64,000 nucleotides of DNA from Octopus sinensis (lineage: Eukaryota), in the NCBI RefSeq assembly GCF_006345805.1, contig NC_043026.1, positions 12,999,579 through 13,063,578 on the forward strand, written 5' to 3'. The translations under genes and the position numbers were made by a program. Each line of letters begins with the position of its first letter. Position 1 is the first letter of the stretch. This document shows, one piece after another, positions 1 to 10,942 of the stretch. The notes beneath the pieces were generated by a model that saw only the letters and a program-made list of their open reading frames with translations, was not told the origin of the DNA and did not search any database.

Positions 1-1026
1 AACTGTCCCAAGGGCCGTGGTAAGGCCCTGGAGCATAAAAAAGAAAAAGTTCCTGCCACCCCCTCATTGGAGGGGGAGACGGTGGAAGTCGTGGAGGAAG
101 TTGCCTCCACGAAAAGAAAAAGAAAGGTGAGCAACAATGGTTGCTCACCAAAGAATGTATATGTGGCTGAAGATTGCTCGACATTTTAAAACTGATGTAA
201 TACTTACAGTGTTTAATAAAATGAAGTAGCATGAAACGATTGTACTACACTACCTTGGATATCCTTGTTGCTTATTTTGATTATAATCACCCCATTTGAT
301 TTATATGGATAATACCATACCAAATTCTGGTGCCTTTAACTTAAGTACCATATTCATCTGAATCTAAATTTTGCTGAACTTATATATATATACGAGCAAA
401 ATGCTCCTTGTCCAATGGACAGTGCTGAGTTGTCAAACATTTAAACCAAATTTTCTCAAAACAACATGCCCGACCGTCCCATTGGCCTCCCCTTTGAGAA
501 ACACTGATTTAACCTAAATTTGAGAAACCAGCAAAAGAAGAAATAAAGATAGACTTTTTTATATTCCAAAGAAAAACGATTTTATTCACACAAATATGCA
601 ACCGAAGAGTTTTTAAAGTATCAGTAAGTGCATCGCAACAGCTGATGTACTTGCGTGTACAAATGCACGTTCCCACGGCTTTATCGATCGCATTCTCACC
701 TGGAACTGATTTTTGTAATTTTTTCAAGACTCATACACGCCCGGATACTGTTGGTATCTACATATCAAATTTGAATGCAATCGGATGGAGGATGCCCAAG
801 ATCCTAAAGGACACACAGACAGACAGAACGGATTTTATACAATATATATATCAAGGGTAACACAACACACACCCTGTTTGTTTACTTTATATATATATAT
901 ATATATGTGTGTATGTAAATTTTTCAAGTCTTGTAAAGTCTATCATTTTCTTTTGTATACCATCTTATAAAAATATTTATTTTGCAATAAAATACTTACT
1001 GCAAAGAGATTTTTTGAACACCCTGT

Positions 1027-1290
1027 ATAATGCAACAAATTATTAAAATGAAAGGATTTTAATTTCAAAATTCAGAACATTTTTAACAAAATATTTTAAA
1101 TTGACCAAAAAATATTTCCTCACAAATTTCAATGATAAAGTTTTGCCTAAATTTCTCAGTGATTTCTGTTTTTGCTGGATCTGAATTATTAACACAAAGA
1201 AAAGGAAAGTCTGCTTTTTACATTGAATGTTCTTTGCTTGTTTCTGATTTCATCATTGAATAATTTGTGGTTTTATGATACTCTAAGGAA
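1027..1290. repeat. AT-rich ~260-bp dispersed/local repeat module (other copies 31030-31275 reverse, 45697-45957, 53995-54250, 63596-63733)
   Basis: Near-identical sequence ataatgcaacaaattattaaaatgaaagg...ttcatcattgaataatttgtgg is seen five times in the window; family not recognised. Confidence 0.85.
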
Positions 1291-1329
1291 TATAAAGAAT
1301 ATATTTTTTGAAGTAATACTTTTGAGTCG

Positions 1330-1848
1330 TCATCATCATCGTTTAATGTCCGTTTTCCATGATGGCATGGGTTTATCAGATTGACCGAGGTCTGGAGAAC
1401 CAGCAGCTGCAGCAGGCTCCAATATTTCTACATCTGGATGCCCTTCCTAACACCAACCACTCCGAGTGTGTAGCGGACGCTTTTTATGTGCCACCGGCCC
1501 AGGAACCAGTCAGGCGGGCCTGGCGTTGATCATGTTCGGATAATGCTTTTTATGTGCCACTGGCCCAGGAGCCAGTGAGGCGGGCCTGGCATTGATCATG
1601 TTCGGATAATGCTTTTTATGTGCCACTGGCCCAGGAGCCAGTCAGGCGGGCCTGGCATTGATCATGTTCGGATAATGCTCTTTATGTGCCACTGGCCCAG
1701 GAGCCAGTGAGGCGGGCCTGGCATTGATCATGTTCGGATAATGCTCTTTATGTGCCACTGGCCCAGGAGCCAGTCAGGCGGGCCTGGCATTGATCATGTT
1801 CGGATAATGCTTTTTACGTGCCGCCAGCACGGGAGCCAGTCAGGGGGT
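1330..1848 (-). mobile_element. Non-autonomous RTE-related retroposon/SINE with (GAT)n tail, carrying an internal 66-bp minisatellite
   Basis: catcatcatcgtttaatgtccg tail plus ggatgcccttcctaa motif shared with many copies. Units start at 1481, 1547, 1613, 1679, 1745 and 1811. The RTE link is inferred from the (GAT)n tail shared with the RTE fragment at 61222-61655. Confidence 0.7.
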
Positions 1849-2235
1849 GTCATAGTTTAATAGAAAATAATACATTACAGACCAGGTAGAGTGAAGTCAT
1901 CCTACTTCCATGAAAATAACCAATTAAGGGGAAATATCAGATGAAGACAATGAAGGATTGGCAATAAGAAGGGTGTCTGGTGATAGGGAATCTCAATTGG
2001 CAAATTCTGGCAAGTGTGGAAAGGTGAACATAAAAATGTCGATGGAGATCTGAGACTTGGATTTTTCTCACGATTCATGAAATGGTGTCTAAAACCAGAC
2101 AGTGAACAGATCCTCAGATGATATTTGTGGATTAAAAGAACAGAACGCTGAGAAGGATTTCTAACATAATTTCACTTTTATAAAATGTTTTCCAAAGAAA
2201 TGAATTTATCATATTTTATAGCTAAATAGCTTCCT

Positions 2236-2355
2236 TGCATACTGTTAGCTTTCCAGACATTTGCGCGTTACTGCATATACTTTATATGCACTTTTGACAA
2301 GTTGTGGTGCACCTGAGCACTGTATACAATAATTTCATTATTATTATTATTATTT
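2236..2355 (+). mobile_element. CR1/L2-type LINE 3'UTR fragment
   Basis: tgcacctgagcactgtatacaataatttc(att)n end identical to the LINE copies at 19400-19830 and 33605-34845. Confidence 0.75.
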
Positions 2356-2656
2356 ATGGAGATGTACTTGCATAGCAAGTGATTTGATTTGAAATAGTGT
2401 GCTGAAACAAAAACAACTGCAGCGTGGAAGGTGTTTGTAAGCCTTTGTCAGTTAACAGGTTGCGGTCTTAAAGCGACGAAAATATTTTGACAAATTAAAC
2501 TTAAATGTTGAAGTGAATCGAACGTCTTTTGTGTGTTTCTTAAATGGCTTACAAACACCTTCCACGCTGCAATTATTATTATTATTATTATATCATTTAT
2601 AAGTAATTTTGTGCTGTGTTAAGTCACGACCAGAAACTAAAGATTTCCTCCATATT

Positions 2657-3862
2657 TTACGATAATAAAGTCTTTTGTCCCGTGTGGCTTCGTTTGTGGA
2701 TAACAACACTAGAACTCTGAGTAAAAGATTTTCCACAGATTTCACAGTGGAAAGGTTTTTCTCCCGTGTGGATCCGTATGTGCCTTGTTAAGTCACTGCT
2801 AGACACAAACCATGTCCCACAGATTTCGCAATGGTAAGGTTTCTCTCCCGTGTGACTACGTTTGTGGATATGAAGGCTAGAATTTTGCGTGAAAGACTTC
2901 CCACAAATGTCACAGTGAAACGGTTTTACCCCCGTGTGTATTCTTAAGTGTTTTTTGAGACCAATATTTGAGACAAAATATTTTTCACATATTTGACAAT
3001 GATATGGTTTTATTCCCGTGTGAAGTCTTTCATGAACTGTAAGCCTAGATTTCTCGGAGAACGATTTTGAACAAATTTCACAACGATATGGTTTTTCTCC
3101 AGAGTGTTGTCTTTCATGGAACGCAAGACTAGATTTATCAGAGAAAGATTTCTCACATATGTCACAATGATAAGGTTTTTCCCCAGAGTGAATTCGTTTA
3201 TGTCTCGTTAAATTACTGCTCTTCACGAAATATTTCCCACATATCTCACAACGATAGGGTGTAACTCCTGTATGTATACTTCTGTGCGTCGTTAAATTAC
3301 TGTTATTAACAAAAGATTTCCCACAGATTTCACAGTGATACGGCTTTTCTCCGGTATGTGTTCGTTTGTGGACTGTCAGATCATTTATATAAACGAAAGA
3401 TTTCCCACAGACTTCGCATTGGAATGGTTTTTCCCCAGAGTGTATCCGTTTGTGTCTTGTTAGGACGCTATTTGAAGCAAAAGACTTCTCACATATTTCG
3501 CAACGGAACGGTCTTTCCCCTGTGTGGACTCTTACGTGTGTTATCAAATCTCTGTTTGAGACAAAAGATTTCTCACAAATTTCACAGTGGAAAGGTTTTT
3601 CCCCAGTGTGACTACGTTTGTGATTTTCAAGATCATAATTTCTGTGAAACGATTTCCCACATATATCACAACGGAACCGTTTCTTCTTCTTGTGTATTTT
3701 TTCGTGTGAGAAGACTTCATCTTCTGAAGAAAATGCCTCCCCACAAATCTTGCAGCGAAATTCAGGAATATTGTTCATTTCAGCTGTTTCATCCCCGTCT
3801 GTCTCTCGATCTGTATCTGTATCGTTCAAAACAATTGTGTCCAAGTGATCAACGGTCTCCAT
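2657..3862 (-). CDS. C2H2 zinc-finger protein, 401 aa: 35-aa acidic leader + 13 fingers
   Basis: Intact ORF with tandem CxxC...HxxxH repeats and TGEKP linkers; conserved 5' module upstream. Confidence 0.93.
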   Translation of the reverse strand: METVDHLDTIVLNDTDTDRETDGDETAEMNNIPEFRCKICGEAFSSEDEVFSHEKIHKKKKRFRCDICGKSFHRNYDLENHKRSHTGEKPFHCEICEKSFVSNRDLITHVRVHTGERPFRCEICEKSFASNSVLTRHKRIHSGEKPFQCEVCGKSFVYINDLTVHKRTHTGEKPYHCEICGKSFVNNSNLTTHRSIHTGVTPYRCEICGKYFVKSSNLTRHKRIHSGEKPYHCDICEKSFSDKSSLAFHERQHSGEKPYRCEICSKSFSEKSRLTVHERLHTGIKPYHCQICEKYFVSNIGLKKHLRIHTGVKPFHCDICGKSFTQNSSLHIHKRSHTGEKPYHCEICGTWFVSSSDLTRHIRIHTGEKPFHCEICGKSFTQSSSVVIHKRSHTGQKTLLS

Positions 3863-4420
3863 ATTATTTCTTGAGGAATTCTTAAAAAGTAGACAAACGT
3901 CTGTGAGTTAATTTATTGTGGTTCAATTTCTTGTCTCAGATATCACAGTCCTCCGTTTACAAGTGTGGAACAGATGCAATGTAGATATATTTCCTACTCA
4001 CCAGTAGAATGTTTGGTATAAAGTCCAAATGAAGAGTGGAGAAGGCTGAAGAAAGTTCGTTGATTGATTTGTTGTTGATTAAAAGCCATTTCCCCTTTTC
4101 TGTAAAATTGGGAAAAACCAATTAAAGATGCAATTAACGATGTAAAAAAAAACTGTGATCAGATGAAGGTGAGGGAATACCGACCCTCAAACATGAAGGT
4201 TGCCCTGTCTTATCGACAAACATTAACGTTCACCTAATCATGAGATAATTACGATTTAATTAGATTTTGCTGAACTAATTAGAAAGACAAAAACAGGAGT
4301 CGGTGTCTTTGATGTTCCTGTCCCTTGTTTGAACGACACCGGTGACTTGTATTAAAAGTCCCCAACATCATATAACGTCAGGAAACCGCTTAAATTGTAT
4401 CCAACATCACACAAAACAGT
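3863..4420 (-). promoter_or_regulatory. Conserved ZNF-family 5' module (candidate promoter, 5'UTR exon and splice sites)
   Basis: Homologous to the upstream regions 12773-13280, 25195-25765, 39973-40340, 51602-52200 and 57906-58370; includes a ttttaYAG acceptor-like site and a tg|GTGAGT donor-like site. Confidence 0.6.
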
Positions 4421-4729
4421 TATCATAACTTACAAAGGGAAGGATCTCTGTGTGGTCTTTCGATGTTCTAGAAATAGCAGTCAAGACTCCTTCAAAAATT
4501 CTGATGTAACTATAGAAAAATATGAAAACTCGACAAAACAGACACGGCTGGAAAGTATTTTATCATAGGTATTCTGTATAAATCGTTTTGTGTTTTACAA
4601 CATTTTCCATTTTAAACAATAATTTGAAAATGTACGAAGCAAATACAAAAACACTTCTAACGACAATTCATGTTTCACGCAAACGGGAGTTGTATTTTAA
4701 GATAGGAATTTAAAAAAAAAAAATAACGG

Positions 4730-5068
4730 AATGCGGTCGTAGGATCGCGGTTTTCGATTCCCAGACCGGGCGTTGTGAGTGTTTATTGAGCGAAAACACC
4801 TAAAGCTCCACGAGGCTCCGGCAGGGGATGGTGGTGATCCTGCTGTACTCTGTCACCACAACTTTCTCTCACTCTTACTTCCTGTTTCTGTTGTACCTGT
4901 ATTTCAAGGGGCCGGCCTTGTGTCACGCTGAATATCCCCGAGAACTACGTTAAGGGTGCACGTCTCTGTGGAGTGCTCAGCCACTTACACGTTAATTTCA
5001 CGAGCAGGCTGTTCCGTTGATTCGGATCAACCGGAACCCTCGTCGTCGTAACCGACGGAGTGCTTCCA
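4730..5068 (+). mobile_element. tRNA-derived SINE, family 2 (5'-truncated)
   Basis: B-box-like ttcgattccc; body shared with 8665-9008, 18660-19012 and 62944-63212. Confidence 0.75.
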
Positions 5069-5214
5069 CATATATTTTCCAAGTATTCAATAAATAAATT
5101 CTAATTTTTGTTTGTTTGTTTTCAGCCTCCTTCTCTCTCTCCGTCCTTCTGCACACATACATGTATTATACGCATACATATTCCCTGCACACACACACAC
5201 GCACGCATGTACGT

Positions 5215-5375
5215 CAGTGCTTTTCAAACTTTTTGCTGGAGCGGAACCCCAAGGAAACATTCCACTGGCTCGAGGAACCCCTGTGCAATATTTTAATTGT
5301 CTTATGCACACATATCTGCACAGGAGAATTAAAAATTACTGCCGATTTTAGCAGTTTTGTAACTTCTTGCGGAAC
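5215..5375 (+). mobile_element. hAT-like MITE, 3'-truncated copy
   Basis: Starts with cagtgcttttcaaac and matches the full 179-bp copies at 15323-15501 and 61889-62067. Confidence 0.8.
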
Positions 5376-5462
5376 CTACCTAGCAAAGTAAATAAAACAC
5401 AAAATAAATAATTTTTGGATCTTTTCGGTTTGAACGGCAGTTTTTTCTAGCGGTGTCATAAT

Positions 5463-5737
5463 ACTAATAATAAAACATTGTGTACAGTGCTCAGGTGCAC
5501 TACAACTCATCTAAAGTGTATATATAATCAGGTGTAGTTTCGGCGGATTTCGGAAAGCATGAGGGCCTTAAAGGATGCAGTGTCATGGCAGTCAACAACT
5601 GACGCAGGCAGTTTGTTCCATGCTTCAGCAACTCTCAGCGTGAAAAAATGTTTCCGAAAGTCATGGGAGCTGTGTTGTTTTCTGACTTTGTAGGTATGTC
5701 CACGTGTGTTGGACACATGGAGATCAAAAAGGTGTTC
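5463..5737 (-). mobile_element. CR1/L2-clade LINE 3' fragment (ORF2 C-terminus + 3'UTR)
   Basis: TRGHTYKVRK...FFTLRVAEAWNKLP...FK motif typical of CR1-type ORF2 ends. Confidence 0.85.
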
Positions 5738-6030
5738 ATATGAAATTGTCACCCATAATTATGACCCTAGTATCGATCTATTGCATTTCAATCTGTTTTA
5801 GGGTTAGGAGTGGGGAGAAGGGTATCTTTTTTTTTTCTTCACAAATGTAAATAAACCCAATCCGTTTCTTAAACGAGGGACATTTTTACGTGCCCCCAGA
5901 ACGGGTACAAAATGGAATTCTGTTTTTATTATGTTTTTCTGGTAATTTTGTATTCAAAAATTTCATTCTGCTCTCTTCTTTGTTTCATAACATTCAACTA
6001 ACATTTCTATATATTTTTATATTTCTTTTA

Positions 6031-6641
6031 ATCTTTTACTTGTTTCAGTCATTTGACTGCGGCCATGCTGGAGCACCGCCTTTAATCGAGCAATTCGACC
6101 CCGGGACTTATTCTTTTTGTAAGCCCAGTACTTATTCTATCGGTCTCTTTTGCCGAACCGCTAAGTGACGGGGACATAAACACACCAGCATCGGTTGTCA
6201 AGCAATGCTAAGGGGACAAACTCAGACACACATACACATATATATATATACAAAATCAGAAAATGGAGAAATACATCTAAATTATTAATCAACTACCAGA
6301 TAATACCCAATCACATACTTTATTAAACCACCACATAAGAACATTAGGGTTAAACATAAAAACATGTATTAATTTTGTTGGGTACTTCACTAGCAGTATA
6401 TTGGATATATGTTATCCCATGGAGGGTTGAATTTGCAACCCCTATCTCAATTTGTATATATATATATACATATATGCGACAGGCTTCTTTCAGTTTCCGT
6501 CTACCAAAGCCACTCACAAGGCATTGGTCGGCCTGAGGCTATAGTAGAAGACACTTGCCCAAGGTGACACGCAGTGGGACTGAACCCGGAACCATGTGGT
6601 TAGGAAGCAAGATACTTACCACACAGCCACTCCTGCACCTA
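6031..6641 (-). mobile_element. tRNA/CORE-type SINE, family 1, interrupted by a ~200-bp AT-rich insert
   Basis: A-box tggctgtgtgg, B-box ggttcagtccc, CORE-like ccttgggcaagtg, internal (TA)/(CA) microsatellite, gactgaaacaagtaaaaga tail. Confidence 0.8.
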
Positions 6642-7127
6642 CGGGACTTTTAATATATGATCAAGATTTGCTGCCTAAGATTTGAAACCAAATCTGCCAA
6701 GGAAATCCTCCCCACACCAAATGATTGATGGGGAAACACTTGACCCCACAAGGACCTATGCTGGTCAAAGAAAGGACAGTCCTTTGTTTAGGGTTTGACC
6801 TACATTACTGACCATAGTCCATGTAACAGAAAGCACTTCCTGTCTCTTTTTCTCTTGTGCCAGCACTGACCACGGAGCACTTCCCTTTGCCCCTTGCTCG
6901 ACATACGAAGAGAAGCTTTTCACTACAAGAAAGACAATCCCACCTTTATCCTTTCTTGTCAGCACTGTGCATTCCTTACTCTTTCACTCTCTACTGACAG
7001 ACAGCAGCTAACCAGTGAGCCAACCATTTTGTCGCTATCACTACAATTACTTCTGTCCCTATAACTGCCTGCCAGGCAAACGAATGAATACATGTAAATA
7101 ATATTTCTCCTTTCTTGGTGTTGATTC

Positions 7128-8615
7128 ATCGTTTAACGTCCGCTTTCCGTGCTAGCATGGGTTTGCCAGTTCATCTGGGGTCTGGGAAGCCAGGAGGCTG
7201 CACCAAGCTCCAGTCTGATCTGGCAGTGTTTCTACAGCTGGATGCCCTTCCTAATGCCAACCACTCCGTGAGTGTAGTGGGTGCTTTTTACGTGCCACCG
7301 ACACAGGTGCCAGACGAGGCTGGCGAACAGCCACAATCGGATGGTGCTTTTTACGTGCCACCGGTACGGGGGCCAGGTGTGGCTGGCAAACGGCCACAAT
7401 CGGATGGTGCTTTTTACGTGCCACCGGTACGGGGGCCAGGTGTGGCTGGCAAACGGCCACAATCGGATGGTGCATTTTACGTGCCACTGGCACGGGGGCC
7501 AGACGAAGCTGGCAACAGCCACGAATGGATGGTGCTTTTTACGTGCCACCGACACAGGTGCCAGACGAGGCTGGCAACAGCCATGTTCGGATGGTTCTCT
7601 TACTTGTCACCGGCACTGGTATCACAGCTGCAATTTCAATTGATGTTGATCGATTTCGATTCTCACTTGCCTCAACAGGTCTTCACAAGTAGAGTTTTGT
7701 GTCCCCAGAAGGAAAGATATGCATAAGTGGACTGACACATCCCGGGTTATGGTCTCACTTGTCCTGCTGGGTCTTCCTTTGATATTAACTGGTTACTCTG
7801 TTGTGAGAAACTTCAAGTGTTACTTCTACATTAGGTAGTGGGCTACATCATATCAGCGTGATATGGCATGTTGCCTCAGCTGCTACAATGCTTCATGCCA
7901 AGTGAAATTATAGTCACAGCTGATGCTGGTAGCACATAGGAAGCACCCTTCAAATGCTGGTCCTCATGCAGGTGATGACAAGCAATCAAGGTAGTTCGTG
8001 ATATGTCATGCTGGAGAATACCTGTAAAGCCAACTGAAATCATAGTTGTGTGCCAGGAGCGTAACCAGCCCACCTATGCATACCTTTCCTATATTGGACA
8101 CTAAACTCTGCTTGCAAAAACCTGTTGAGGCAAGTGAAATCGAAATCGAAATCAAATTCGATGACAGACATCCGTCTTAGTTGAGTGCTAAGAGCACCAT
8201 CCGAGCGTGATCGTTGGCAAAGCGGCTAACTGGGTTCTGTGCTGGTGGCACGTAAAACGCACCATTAAAGCATGAACGTTACCAGTGTCACCTTACTGGC
8301 ACTGGTGACATGTGAAAAGAACACTCGAGTAGATCGTTGCCAGTGCCACTGGACTGGCTCCTGTGCAGGTGGCACATAAAAAGCACCATTTGAGCATGGC
8401 CGCTGCCAGTACTGCCTGACTGGTCCTTGTGCCGGTGGCACATAAAAGCACCCACTACACTCTTGGAGTGGTTGGCATTAGGAAGGGCATCCAGCTGTAG
8501 AAACTCAGCTAGATCAAATTGGAGCCTGTTGCAGCCATCTGGTTCGCCAGTCCTAAGTCAAATCATCCAGCCCATGCTAGCATGGAAAGTGGATGTTAAA
8601 CGATGATGATGATGA
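7128..8615. mobile_element. Two long (GAT)n-tailed RTE-related elements head-to-head (7128-~7780 minus; ~8060-8615 plus); the left copy has a 63-bp minisatellite
   Basis: Tails point outward at both ends and inverted homology extends inward to ~7735/~8062. 63-bp units start at 7281, 7344, 7407, 7470 and 7533. Confidence 0.7.
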
Positions 8616-8664
8616 TATATATATATATGTATGTATGTATATATAGATAGATAGATAGATTCGT

Positions 8665-9008
8665 GGCACTCCATTGGTTACGATGACGAGGGTTCCAGTT
8701 GATCTGATCAACGGAACAGCCTGCTTGTGAAATTAACGTGCAAGTGGCTGAGCATTCCACAGACTCGTGTACCCTTCATGTAGTTCTTGGGGGAGATTCT
8801 GCATGACACAGAGTGTGACAAGGCTGGCCCTTTAAAATACAACAGAAACAGGTTAGAAAGAGTGAAAGTTATGGCGAAAGAGTATAGCAGCGTTTGCCAC
8901 CCTCCACTGCCAGAGCCTCATACACTCACAAAGCCTGGTCTGGGAATCGAAACCGTGATCCTACGACTGTGAATCTGCTGCTCTAACCACTCGGCCATTG
9001 TGCCTCCA
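8665..9008 (-). mobile_element. tRNA-derived SINE, family 2
   Basis: Reverse complement of the family-2 consensus seen at 4730-5068. Confidence 0.75.
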
Positions 9009-9029
9009 CTTTAGATAGATATATGATAT

Positions 9030-9360
9030 TCTTTTACTCTTTTACTGGTTTCAGTCATTTGACTGTGGCCATGCTGGAGCACCGCCTTTAGTCGAGCAAA
9101 CTCGACCCCGGTACTTATTCTTTTGTAAGCCCATTACTTATTCTATCGGTCTCTTTTGCCGAACCGCTAAGTGACGAGGACATAAACACACCAGCATCGG
9201 TTGTCAAGCAACGCTAGGGGGACAAACACAGACACACAAACACACATATATATATACATATATACGACAGGCTTCTTTCAGTTTCTGTCTACCAAATCCA
9301 CTGACAAGGCATTGGTTGGCCCGAGGCTATAGTAGAAGACACAGACACACATATTCACAC

Positions 9361-9397
<37 letters not shown>

Positions 9398-9914
9398 CGA
9401 CAGGCTTCTTTCAGTTTCCGTCTACCAAATCCACTCACAAGGCTTTGGTCGACCAGAGGCTATAGTAGAAGACACTTGCCCAAGATGCCACGCAGTGGGA
9501 CTGAACCCGGAACCATGTGGTTGGTAAGCAAGCTAATTACCACACAGCCACTCGTAAATATAAATGTAGGGCTTCTTTCAGTTTCCGTCTACCAAATCCA
9601 CTCACAAGGCTTTGGTCGACCAGAGGCTATAGTAGAAGACACTTGCCTAAGGTGCCACGCAGTAGGACTGAACCCGGAACCATGTGGTTGGTAAACAAGC
9701 TACTTACCACACAGCCACTCCTGCGCCTATATATATATACACATATATACGATAGGCTTCTTTGAGTTTCCGTCTACCAAATCCACTCACAAGGCATTGG
9801 TCGGCCCGAGGCTATAGTAGAAGACACTTGCCCAAGATACCACGCAGTGGGACTGAACCCGGAACCATGGGGTTGGTAAGCAAGCTACTTACCACACAGC
9901 CACTCCTGTGCCTA
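9030..9914 (-). mobile_element. Family-1 SINE multimer: one tail, three full heads plus one partial head
   Basis: Head/CORE module repeated at ~9265-9340, 9397-9553, 9568-9729 and 9748-9914. Confidence 0.85.
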
Positions 9915-10299
9915 TAATTTATTGTTTTTTAATAATGTTGTGAATGGAAGAGGAACTTGAATGGTACACATCAGTTAGGGGGAATCTGAAAGGGGTCTCA
10001 AGGAGTAGCATCCCTGCCTTCCTGAGCTAGTTTTCCACCACATTTCTTAAAAACCATGGTAGAGGCCTTGCTTTCGGGACCACTCATGTCAAGAAACTGA
10101 AGTTGGGGATAAGCAAGGGCATGCTCCCTGTAGAAAATCCAGCTCCCAAAAAACCTCATGATAGCAAAGGAGAATGGGCACCAGCCAGCCGAAAGTGAGG
10201 GCGATTGCTATGGCATTCAGGTAGATCCGGCCACTCCCTTTAACGGGGACAAAACCCAGATTTAAAACACTGGATGATGACATCACCTAACTGAATCAG

Positions 10300-10716
10300 A
10301 AGTGGTTAGGGAGGACAGGGGTTATAATTCACTCCTTTGTTGATTGTAAATGAGTCTGGAGAGTAAGGGTAATTGAACCAGCCAGGATCCCTGGTCTGGT
10401 GGTACGTAAAAAGCACTATCCGACTTGTGGCCGATGCCAGCGCCGCCTCGACTGGCTTCCGTGCCAGTGGCACGTAAAATACACCAATCTGACCATGGCC
10501 GTTCCCAGCCTCGCCTGGCACCTGTGCAGGTGGCACGTAAAAAGCACCCACTACACTCACGGAGTGGTTGGCGTTAGGAAGGGCATCCAGCTGTAGAAAC
10601 ATTGCCAGATAAGACTGGAGCCTGGTGCAGCCTTCTGGCTTCCCAGATCCCCGGTCGAACCGTCCAACCCATGCTAGCATGGAGAACGGACGTTAAACGA
10701 TGATGATGATGATGAT
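10300..10716 (+). mobile_element. (GAT)n-tailed RTE-related element
   Basis: ggttggcgttaggaagggcatccagctgtagaaac...gttaaacgatgatgatg. Confidence 0.75.
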
Positions 10717-10942
10717 GAAAAGAAAAAAATGATTGCTGTATTGAATTGAATACCAACTGACAAAGAAATATATTCTAACAAAGATATTAATTTTAAAATT
10801 CATCAAATTTTAATAATTTTTTTAATAAAATAGAATTTAGATTTATAAAAACATATTTGCAGATTAAAAGAACAGAACAAAAAAAATGATTTCTAACATA
10901 ATTTAACCATCATAAAACATTTTATTATATTTCCTAGTTTAA

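Noticed and set aside
1-200. Open frame starting NCPKGRGK (possible end of a gag zinc knuckle)
   Set aside because: It is cut by the window edge and the CCHC motif is not visible.
1008-1028. Tc1/mariner-like terminus (ttttttgaacaccctgta)
   Set aside because: No partner TIR was found; it is a solo end only.
1481-1848. CRISPR-like appearance of the 63-, 66- and 85-bp arrays
   Set aside because: The units are wholly repeated with no unique spacers, there are no cas genes, and the context is eukaryotic.
3358-3885. Antisense and alternate-frame ORFs over ZNF genes (also 12255-12672, 25754-26957, 28974-29288, 39396-39962, 55528-57917)
   Set aside because: These are shadows of the repetitive finger codons, with no independent domain or signals.
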